Positions 17,798 to 24,741 of a stretch of DNA of 64,000 bases are shown here, piece by piece. The stretch's first letter is position 1; each line of letters starts with the position of its first letter. The stretch covers positions 13,166 through 77,165 of the forward strand of contig JAGVNJ010000006.1 of the NCBI GenBank assembly GCA_020053305.1. The letters are read 5' to 3'. A program made the position numbers and the translations under genes. This DNA is from Candidatus Edwardsbacteria bacterium (GTDB lineage: Bacteria > Edwardsbacteria > AC1 > EtOH8). Below the pieces are notes generated by a model that was not told the DNA's origin, ran no database searches, and worked only from the letters and a program-made list of their open reading frames with translations.

Positions 17798-18187
17798 TCC
17801 GCCCAATCTTTTTTTTATTTCGTTCCTGATCCGTTCTGCGGCTTCCTGGGCGCGTTTGGCTTCCTTGCTGGATATATCGCTGGGCCAGTGCACCGGGTAC
17901 CGGGCTTCTATGTAGAAATCCGTCAGGAATTCGCATTCTTCTTTCAGCGGCAACAAGGTTTCGTCTTTGGCCGCGCATACCCGCAACAACTCGGGCAGAT
18001 TGTGAATTTTTCTGAAATCCAAATTATGGGCGATAACGAATGCTTTCAGATATTTCTCGGCAGATTGCTGAAAATGGAAACAGACTTGCGGCAAGAATTC
18101 GTCTCTTTCTTTGAGGATGAAATTGGCAAACCGGAGATCCTCATCCGCTTTACCAAGCCATTCCTTAACGATGCCCGGGTCAGCCAT
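17792..18187 (-). CDS. HEPN domain protein (toxin partner of a MNT/HEPN pair)
   Basis: MADPGIVKEWLGKADEDLRFANFIL...FHFQQSAEKYLKAF...EARYP is a HEPN pattern. It overlaps the MNT stop by 8 nt, and its own stop lies inside repeat copy A. Confidence 0.75.
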   Translation of the reverse strand: MADPGIVKEWLGKADEDLRFANFILKERDEFLPQVCFHFQQSAEKYLKAFVIAHNLDFRKIHNLPELLRVCAAKDETLLPLKEECEFLTDFYIEARYPVHWPSDISSKEAKRAQEAAERIRNEIKKRLGGA

Positions 18188-18500
18188 AAAGCACCTTCCC
18201 TTCCGCAAAAACGCACTTCAGGAACGGATCGCCCATCCGCAGCCTGTTTTCCAGTTCTTCCTTTTTGTAGATAAGATAGTCTACCGGCAAATGGCTTTCG
18301 ATCAGTTTCCGCACTTCCCGCATCCGCTCCCGGCTGTTGACTGGCACATCCTGCTTGATCACCAAAAAATCCAAATCGCTGTCCGGGCCAAAACCGCTGC
18401 CTGCGGCCGAACCGAACAAAATTACTTTTTGCGCATGGTATTTCTCAACCAGCTGACCGGCTATTGATTCTATTTCTTTTTTTAGTTCTTCGTCTGACAT
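18180..18500 (-). CDS. Minimal nucleotidyltransferase (MNT) domain protein
   Basis: KVILFGSAAGSGFGPDSDLDFLVI carries the GSxxxGxxxxxSDxD pol-beta NTase motif. ATG at 18500. Confidence 0.75.
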   Translation of the reverse strand: MSDEELKKEIESIAGQLVEKYHAQKVILFGSAAGSGFGPDSDLDFLVIKQDVPVNSRERMREVRKLIESHLPVDYLIYKKEELENRLRMGDPFLKCVFAEGKVLYG

Positions 18501-18528
18501 GATTAACAGAGCCTTTCCATTTGAATGT

Positions 18529-18846
18529 TTACCTGCAAGGCCCGCCGAACTCGATGAAAGCATCTGGGGGTTTCCGGGTGCCGCCCCAACTTGATATTCC
18601 AATTGGGAATGTCAAGTTTTTAAATTCCTCCGGCGTAAGCTGGAACATGAAATCCTCGGGGAACCGGTAGAGATTCCTTTTCACCGCTTTGTTCAGGTTG
18701 AAGGTCTCTATGCCGTATAATGCAGCCAGATCCTTGTCAAACATCACTTTCTGTCCGCGGATAATTCGGATCAGCCGTTCAACCCGCTCGTCCGGGACAA
18801 CCGCTTTCTGCCGGCCCAGGGCGTTTTCATTTCCGTCAACTTTCAA
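18529..18846 (-). pseudogene. ORF6N-domain (KilA-N-related DNA-binding) protein, apparently C-terminally truncated
   Basis: IRGQKVMFDKDLAALYGIETFNLNKAVKRNLYRFPEDFMFQLTPEEF...SSWGG is the ORF6N core. The ORF ends shortly after it (family members are usually longer). It has a TTG start and abuts the MNT/HEPN pair. Confidence 0.5.
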
Positions 18847-18906
18847 CGCGACTTCAACCTTTTAACCGCTTCCCTCACCCACCGGGGGAGGGATCAAGGG
18901 AGGGGT

Positions 18907-18962
18907 CTACCTTATTAATTTTATCAGCGGCAATCCAACCAGCGGGGCGATCACGGTCAGCG
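18907..18962. repeat. Copy B of the ~50-bp 3' end of the antiporter-like gene at 19773-21224
   Basis: CTACCTTATTAATTTTATCAGCGGCAATCCAACCAGCGGGGCGATCACGGTCAG. The stop codon of the 18957-19766 gene lies inside it. Confidence 0.9.
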
Positions 18963-19766
18963 CCTAATGCCTAGACTGATGGACACTTCATTGGTCGTTT
19001 GTTTCGGCGCCGGATAATCACCAGAATCAATGTTCCAACTGCTCCATAAGTAGGGAGAAGGAACGGAATTGTTCATCCACGAATGATCGAAACGGACCCT
19101 GGCAAAAAGGGAATTTGCCACGGTTGCTTCACCTATAAACCCGACGCCTTGGTACAAAATGCTTGGAGTATAATACCAGGGCTGATAAAATTTCTTGATG
19201 GTGTACCCGAGACAGACCATGTAATTTTGTTTCAATTTTAACACGGGACCGACGAACGCCTCCCGCATTCTGTAGCCGCTGCTGGGATAGATGTTTTCGG
19301 CAATGGAAAACGACGCCGTCAGCCCAAAATGAGACGTGGGATACAGAGTCTGCCGAAGAACCAATCCCTGCATTATAACGCTGTTGGATATCGGTCCTAC
19401 ACAAGCATTGGCCCAACTACTCTTCAGTGCCAGGCTACGGAAACCTGCTTGGATGTGCAGCAATCTACCTTTGGCCAGAGTGACGCCGAAAACCAAGTCT
19501 GATACTTTTTGCTCATAGGTTCCGGAATTTAACTGGGATCTTTTTGTCGCATACAAATATTCGCCGAAGATCCCATGCCCGCCCTCGCACGCCATGTAAT
19601 CGACGGATAGGCCTAGCCCACTGCAAATGGGAAAATCGTAAACCTGTATACTACTGTGCTTTGCGGCACATTGGAATTTTTGAGGCCATGACAATTGGGC
19701 ATCTGCACAGGTGCCGAGCAAACATATGGCAGCCGGCACATACAGGAATTTAAAACCCCTCCGCAT
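18957..19766 (-). CDS. Hypothetical secreted protein, possible beta-barrel
   Basis: MRRGFKFLYVPAAICLLGTCADAQ signal peptide, alternating hydrophobic pattern, C-terminal ...VSISLGIRR. No recognisable domain. Confidence 0.45.
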   Translation of the reverse strand: MRRGFKFLYVPAAICLLGTCADAQLSWPQKFQCAAKHSSIQVYDFPICSGLGLSVDYMACEGGHGIFGEYLYATKRSQLNSGTYEQKVSDLVFGVTLAKGRLLHIQAGFRSLALKSSWANACVGPISNSVIMQGLVLRQTLYPTSHFGLTASFSIAENIYPSSGYRMREAFVGPVLKLKQNYMVCLGYTIKKFYQPWYYTPSILYQGVGFIGEATVANSLFARVRFDHSWMNNSVPSPYLWSSWNIDSGDYPAPKQTTNEVSISLGIRR

Positions 19767-19772
19767 ATGTCC

Positions 19773-21224
19773 CTATCTTATTAATTTTATCAGCGGCAGG
19801 CCCACCAGCGGGGCGATCACGGTCAGGATCATTAATACGATCAATATAACCTTGGAGTTCATGGGAATATTTATGGCCTGGTTCACCTTGGCCGACGGCT
19901 CGCCGAAGAACACCTTGTGGGCCACGAAGAAATACCAGGCGAAGGCGATGATGATCTCGGCCACAAAGGGGATGATCAGGAACACCGCGGTCTTGCCGCC
20001 GATCTCTATGACCCCTTCCATCAGGAACAGCTTGGACCAGTAGCAGGACAGCGGGGCGATACCGGTGACGCCCAGGGTCCCGATGATGAAGGCGATGGAG
20101 GTCAGGGGCATGGCCTTGGTCAGGCCGCCCAGCTCATCCATGTTGCGGGTGCCGGTGGCGTAGGCGATGGCCCCCACGCAGATGAACAGCAGGGCCTTGG
20201 CCGGCGCGTGGCAGATGATATGCAGAATGGCCCCCTGATAGCCGTAGTGCGAGCCCATCACCCCCAGGCCGAGACCCAGGAAGATGTATCCCAAATGGGC
20301 GATGGTGGAGTAGGCCAGAAATTTCTTGATGTCGGTCTGGAAGAAGAACAGGAACAGCGAGGCCAGCATGGTCATCACCGCGAACACCGCCACCAGCAGG
20401 CCCAGCCCGTAGGAGAAGCCCACGGTGGCGATGGTGACCCGGGCCATCAGGTAGACCCCGGCCTTGACCATGGCCGCGGCGTGCAGGTAGCACGATACCG
20501 GGGTGGGGGCCGCCATGGCGTTGGGCAGCCAGGCGAAAAATACGATCTGGCTGGACTTGGCCCAGGCCGCTATCAGGAACAGGATGAAGATCACGGTCTT
20601 CATCTGGGGGGTCAGCAGGTTGATGGCGTCGAAGCCGAAACTTCCGGTGTTGACGAACAGCACGATTAGGGCGATAAGGAAGAAAATCCCTCCGAAGAAG
20701 GTCTTAATTAACGCTTCAAACCCGGCATCCAGCGATTCCTTGTTGTGATAGTATGAGATCAGGGCCCAGGAGCAGATGGTGGTCAGCTCCCAGAAGATGA
20801 ACAGCTGCAGGAAATTGGCCGACACCGAGACCCCGACCATGGCTCCCAGAAATAAAAGATGCCACAGGTAGAACCGCCTCTTGCCATCCTTAACCGGGTG
20901 GAACTTGTTCTCCGGCGAGAGATAGTCCCGGGAGTAGAAGGTGACCAACAGCCCGATGATGGTGGTCACCAGCAGCAGCACCATGGACAGCGGATCAATG
21001 AAAACCCCCATAATCCCGGAGACATCCGGCAGCCACGGCCAGTTGATCAGCGGCAGGGAGAACCTTTGGCCATAGGCCAGCAGCACCACCAGCAGGGAAA
21101 GGATGGTTACCAGCGAGGCCACCACCGCGGCGAAGATATCCTGCTTCTTTTCCGGCAGCCACTGGGTTATCAAGGCCCCCAGAAAGGGCAGTATCAGCAT
21201 TACGATAAGTATGGAACCTAGCAT
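19773..21224 (-). CDS. Hydrogenase-4 antiporter-like membrane subunit (HyfD/HyfF, NuoN/M-like)
   Basis: 483 aa polytopic protein with WAKSSQIVFFAWLPNAMAAPTPVSCYLHAA. Confidence 0.85.
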   Translation of the reverse strand: MLGSILIVMLILPFLGALITQWLPEKKQDIFAAVVASLVTILSLLVVLLAYGQRFSLPLINWPWLPDVSGIMGVFIDPLSMVLLLVTTIIGLLVTFYSRDYLSPENKFHPVKDGKRRFYLWHLLFLGAMVGVSVSANFLQLFIFWELTTICSWALISYYHNKESLDAGFEALIKTFFGGIFFLIALIVLFVNTGSFGFDAINLLTPQMKTVIFILFLIAAWAKSSQIVFFAWLPNAMAAPTPVSCYLHAAAMVKAGVYLMARVTIATVGFSYGLGLLVAVFAVMTMLASLFLFFFQTDIKKFLAYSTIAHLGYIFLGLGLGVMGSHYGYQGAILHIICHAPAKALLFICVGAIAYATGTRNMDELGGLTKAMPLTSIAFIIGTLGVTGIAPLSCYWSKLFLMEGVIEIGGKTAVFLIIPFVAEIIIAFAWYFFVAHKVFFGEPSAKVNQAINIPMNSKVILIVLMILTVIAPLVGLPLIKLIR

Positions 21225-21254
21225 AATCTTCTATAATAGTATGGGTTTATATTT

Positions 21255-21395
21255 TTTGATCGTCATTCTGAGTCTAGCAAGCCGAAGAATCTTTTTGTCA
21301 TCCTGAGAAATCTATCCGCCCGACAGGCCGAACGGGTGACACCCGTCATCCTTCAACCTGCATTGCTCCGAAGTTTACTCAGCATGACAATCGTA
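21255..21395. repeat. REP-like nested palindromic intergenic element (GTCATYSYGAG-arm family)
   Basis: CGTCATTCTGAG ... CTCAGCATGAC outer arms, with an inner TGTCATCCTGAG. Confidence 0.6.
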
Positions 21396-21475
21396 CCGGG
21401 GTAATCTCACACAACGACACCAAGCATTTTCAAACATGGTTCTTGTGAATCTCCGTGCCTTGGTGTGAAAATATC

Positions 21476-21973
21476 CTAACGGCCCACAATTATTCCCGCC
21501 AGATTGTCAATGGTCTTCCTGACCTCCGGGCTCAACCCTTTGCCAAAATCAATACTTCTGGGCTGGGCGCCCAGTATTTTGACATCCAGCTCCGGCAGTT
21601 TTTCCTTAAGATACTTGATGAACATTAGCAGCGAAAGGTTATGGGTGGACACCGCTATCCGCTTGCCCAGCTGGTCGCTCTCCAAAAGGGCCGCATCGCC
21701 CGGCATCCCGCCCAGGGCCACCGCATCGGCTATCACCAGCCTGGCCGGAGCCATCCGGACTATCTGGCCCAAAAGATCCTCCGGGGTCTCCCCTCCGTCC
21801 AGCAGATTGACTTTTGTTCTTCCCGAAAGGCTTTTGACCAGCTCGGGCCCGAACCCGTCGTCGCCCCGCAGAACATTTCCCACCCCGATGATCAGCGAGT
21901 CGCTATTCAAAGAACCAAGATATTCAATCAGGTCGGACACGATAGCTTCCTTTGTTATACAATGGTTACACAT
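21476..21973 (-). CDS. hycI: Hydrogenase maturation endopeptidase (HycI/HybD family)
   Basis: LIIGVGNVLRGDDGFGPELV and IADAV...GxPG motifs. 165 aa. Confidence 0.8.
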   Translation of the reverse strand: MCNHCITKEAIVSDLIEYLGSLNSDSLIIGVGNVLRGDDGFGPELVKSLSGRTKVNLLDGGETPEDLLGQIVRMAPARLVIADAVALGGMPGDAALLESDQLGKRIAVSTHNLSLLMFIKYLKEKLPELDVKILGAQPRSIDFGKGLSPEVRKTIDNLAGIIVGR

Positions 21974-21981
21974 TGAGACTA

Positions 21982-22036
21982 CAATTGTATCGCCATCGTA
22001 TTGCTATTGTATGACCAATCGTAATCCCGATCGTTA
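21982..22036. repeat. Solo tandem array, 5 units of 11 nt (CAATTGTATCG-like)
   Basis: Units at 21982, 21993, 22004, 22015 and 22026 fill the gap between the AsrB-like stop and the hycI start. The TGTAT core resembles the right array of element 1. Confidence 0.75.
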
Positions 22037-22870
22037 GAACGCCTCTTCGGCCAGCCCCTTGATCTCGGTGTAGTCGAACACCGGACCCTCGGTGCAGACG
22101 TACTTGTTCCCGATACAGCAGTGGCCGCACTTGCCCACCCCGCACTTCATATAACGCTCCAAAGTGGAGACGATCTGCTTCTCCGGCAAACCGAGTTTTA
22201 GAAGCTCGATGATCACGAATTTTATCATGATGGGCGGCCCGCAGGTATAGACCACGGTGTTGGGGATATCCAATTTCAATTTGGGGAACAGGGTGGTTAC
22301 CACGCCCACGTTTCCGGTCCATTCCTTGTCGGCCACGTCCACCGTCTGGACCAGCTTCAGGTCGGTTTTCTTTTCCCATTCGCTTAACTGATATTTATAG
22401 ACCCGGTCGGCCGGGGTCCGGGCTCCGTAGAGAATGGTGAAATCGCGGTGATCGGAACGGTGATTGAATATGTGGTCAATCATGGAGCGCAGCGGCGGAA
22501 GGCCGATGCCTCCCCCGATCACCAGCACGTCCCTGCCCTTGGAGTCTATCTTGTCCAAAAAGCTGTTACCCAGCGGCCCCTTGATGCCGATCTCGTCGCC
22601 GGTCTTCAGCTCGGCCAGGGCATTGGTCACCCGGCCGCAGGCCCGCACCGTAAAGGTCATCACCCCTGGTTCTTTGGGCGAGGTGGTCAACCCGAAGGGC
22701 GCCTCGCCGGCCCCGAACACCGAGGCCTCCACGAACTGCCCGGGCCGGGAGACAAACAGTTTGGCCTGGTCCTTCTTTTTTATTCTGACATCATAGGTGC
22801 GGGTATCCGGCGTCTCCTGCTTGATGTCGGTGATCTCGGAAATGTACGGTAGGTAGATATTGGGATTCAT
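22034..22870 (-). CDS. FAD/NAD(P)-binding oxidoreductase with C-terminal [2Fe-2S] (AsrB / sulfhydrogenase-gamma / PyrK-like)
   Basis: RPGQFVEASVFG...PFGL (FAD-binding), VLVIGGGIGLPPL (NAD(P)-binding), CGVGKCGHCCIG...C (2Fe-2S). Confidence 0.85.
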   Translation of the reverse strand: MNPNIYLPYISEITDIKQETPDTRTYDVRIKKKDQAKLFVSRPGQFVEASVFGAGEAPFGLTTSPKEPGVMTFTVRACGRVTNALAELKTGDEIGIKGPLGNSFLDKIDSKGRDVLVIGGGIGLPPLRSMIDHIFNHRSDHRDFTILYGARTPADRVYKYQLSEWEKKTDLKLVQTVDVADKEWTGNVGVVTTLFPKLKLDIPNTVVYTCGPPIMIKFVIIELLKLGLPEKQIVSTLERYMKCGVGKCGHCCIGNKYVCTEGPVFDYTEIKGLAEEAF

Positions 22871-22883
22871 AATTCTTCTTAAG

Positions 22884-22911
22884 CTCTAATTTCTAATTTC
22901 TAAACTCTAAA
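22884..22911. repeat. Left flanking array of element 6 (YTCTAAW x4, 7-nt period)
   Basis: CTCTAAT at 22884, TTCTAAT at 22891, TTCTAAA at 22898, CTCTAAA at 22905. Confidence 0.75.
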
Positions 22912-22936
22912 CAAATCCAAAACTAAAATGACAAAA

Positions 22937-23320
22937 TTATTGTGTTTTTTCCACTATTGATCCGAAAATTTTCATCAACTGGGTGGCTTCATCGCAAAGA
23001 ATTTGTCTTTCTTTTTCTATTTTCTCATTATCTGTTTCAATTAGATTAAGCCAGTATCTTGATTCTTTGGCTTCCTTGCGGGATATCTTGATGTGCATTA
23101 AAAAATCTTTACGGCTTAAGGCCTCATTGGCCTCTATGTAATTGGCTCCGACAGATCCGCTGGAGCGTACTAATTGTTTGATTATTTCGTTATTGACCAC
23201 ATCCTTTGGCAGTTTTCTTACAAAAGCGATAACAGCCCTAGCGAATTTTAATGTTCGTTCTTCAAGATCATACTGCCTGGATTTTTCTGTTTTTGTATTT
23301 GTATTTTGGCTTTCGGACAT
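22937..23320 (-). CDS. Four-helix-bundle protein (IVS-protein family), copy 6
   Basis: YDLEERTLKFARAVIAFVRKLPKDVVNNEIIKQLVRSSGSVGANYIEANEALSRKDFLMHIKISRKEAKESRYWL. Confidence 0.8.
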   Translation of the reverse strand: MSESQNTNTKTEKSRQYDLEERTLKFARAVIAFVRKLPKDVVNNEIIKQLVRSSGSVGANYIEANEALSRKDFLMHIKISRKEAKESRYWLNLIETDNEKIEKERQILCDEATQLMKIFGSIVEKTQ

Positions 23321-23336
23321 TGTTCAGGATTTCGTA

Positions 23337-23350
23337 TTTAGGGTTTAGGG
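23337..23350. repeat. Right flanking array of element 6 (TTTAGGG x2, roughly inverted relative to the left array)
   Basis: TTTAGGG at 23337 and 23344. It overlaps the last codons (NPKP*) of the AsrA-like gene. Confidence 0.65.
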
Positions 23351-24441
23351 TTTTCTGAGTCCGTCTTTCTCATCCAGCGGATCACCGTTGGCATGTCTAT
23401 CCCGCCGGGGCAGGCTATCACGCAGCGGCCGCAGCCCACGCATCCGATCACCGGATTCTTTTCCAGATAATCCATTGACACCTTGTGGTAGAACCAGCGT
23501 TTTCTCCGGTCGGCCCGGGTGGCTCTGGGATTATGGCCTGACACCTCGCGGGTGAACCCGGCGAAGTCACAGGTGTCCCAGCTGCGGTAGCGCATCCCTT
23601 CGTTCTCGCCCAGAGCCTTGTCGTCCACGTCAAAGCAGGAGCACATCGGACAGACATAGATGCATCCGCCGCAGCCGATGCAATAGTCGGCCACCTTCTG
23701 CCAGAACTCCGGCTTGAGATGCCCCTGATCCATCCGGCGCATGGCCTTGGCAAAAAAGCTGATGGGCTGCTGGAAGGTCTTTTCGGATTCGTTCTCCAGG
23801 GTGCGCCTGGCATGCTGGTCGCCCTCCTGGGCCGGAGTGAAATATTCCTTGAATTCATTGATAAATTCCTCGCCCTTGGGGCTGCCCACCTCGACAAAAT
23901 AGCGGTCGCCCAAGTCGGTAAGCTGAATGTCAAAACCCTGGGCCAGGAAAGGGCCGCTGTCGGTGCAAACACAGAAACACTTGGGACCGGCCACATTGCA
24001 GCCGATGGTGATGAACACCGCCCTATTGCGTCTGGCCTCATACAGCGGGTCCGGCAAAGGGTCGCCCGATTTCCAGTCCGGGCCGGATTTGGTCCCCTTC
24101 CCAAAGAAGCTGTCGAAATAATTCACCGCCGACATATCGCAGGACCGGATGCCCCAGATCACCGCCCGCGGCATCTCAACAGGCTGGGACAGTTCCAGGC
24201 CGCTCTTGCTCTTCTTGTAGTTGAACATCTCCTCGATCTGGGGAAATACAAACCGCTTGGCGCCCAGATAACCGTTGATGTAATCCCCGGCCAGCTCCTT
24301 CTCGGACGACAGCTGCCCAAAAAAATTGTCCCCGTTCTCGCCGGCCATCGGGCCCCAGACCTCGTCGCCTTTCTTTATCAGGCGAGTCAGCAGCTCCGGC
24401 ACCTTGGATTTGGCAAGTGAATAGTTCTTGTTTTGCGACAT
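23338..24441 (-). CDS. 4Fe-4S dicluster protein (AsrA / sulfhydrogenase-beta-like)
   Basis: CIGCGGCIYVCPMCSC and CVGCGRCVIACP motifs. 367 aa. First gene of the co-oriented hydrogenase operon. Confidence 0.8.
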   Translation of the reverse strand: MSQNKNYSLAKSKVPELLTRLIKKGDEVWGPMAGENGDNFFGQLSSEKELAGDYINGYLGAKRFVFPQIEEMFNYKKSKSGLELSQPVEMPRAVIWGIRSCDMSAVNYFDSFFGKGTKSGPDWKSGDPLPDPLYEARRNRAVFITIGCNVAGPKCFCVCTDSGPFLAQGFDIQLTDLGDRYFVEVGSPKGEEFINEFKEYFTPAQEGDQHARRTLENESEKTFQQPISFFAKAMRRMDQGHLKPEFWQKVADYCIGCGGCIYVCPMCSCFDVDDKALGENEGMRYRSWDTCDFAGFTREVSGHNPRATRADRRKRWFYHKVSMDYLEKNPVIGCVGCGRCVIACPGGIDMPTVIRWMRKTDSENPKP

Positions 24442-24539
24442 ATGATATGATCCGGTTTATATTGTTTTTAGCATTGCACTCAACGGGCTTAACAAAAAGA
24501 GGGCCAATGACAAAAGGGCCCTTTAATGTAAGGCCATAA

Positions 24540-24559
24540 TTTGTGAATTATTTCACAAA
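24540..24559. promoter_or_regulatory. Perfect CRP-type palindrome TTTGTGAA-TTAT-TTCACAAA (TGTGA-N6-TCACA)
   Basis: Read directly from the sequence. It lies about 100 nt upstream of the first operon gene (start 24441) in a 300-nt AT-rich intergenic region. Confidence 0.5.
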
Positions 24560-24741
24560 GACGACAAAAAGTCAAGCCCTTTTTATGTGCGCCGACAGGA
24601 CAGAAAATCTTTCTTTTGTTATCTTGAGATCTTTGTGGAACTAATGAAAATACCAAAGAAAGAGCCTTAAAAACGATCTTCTCCGGAATTATTATTTCAA
24701 AATTCAGTGTTTCCTTGGTAAAGAGTATTTAAATAGAAGTC

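Noticed and set aside
17748-19826. Integron-like gene cassette array
   Set aside because: No intI-type integrase and no attC-like imperfect palindromes are present. The repeated boundary is a copy of a gene's 3' end, which fits tandem site-specific insertion better.
5627-21221. Many long overlapping ORFs opposite or out of frame with the hydrogenase genes (e.g. 9950-10870, 11450-12235, 11752-12906, 19917-20669)
   Set aside because: Their translations are low-complexity (runs of R, G, P, H, Q) with no motifs. Each is fully nested in a gene with strong family signatures.
2559-23320. rRNA context for the IVS-protein genes
   Set aside because: No 23S rRNA-like sequence flanks any copy. All lie between protein-coding genes.
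2529-23350. Could the short tandem arrays be CRISPR arrays?
   Set aside because: The repeats are only 7-11 nt, directly abutting or separated by 2-8 nt, with no spacer-sized unique inserts. No cas genes are present.
23337-23350. (TTTAGGG)2, identical to the plant-type telomere repeat
   Set aside because: It has only two units, is part of the element-6 flanking array, and encodes the C-terminal NPKP of a bacterial gene. This is a coincidence.
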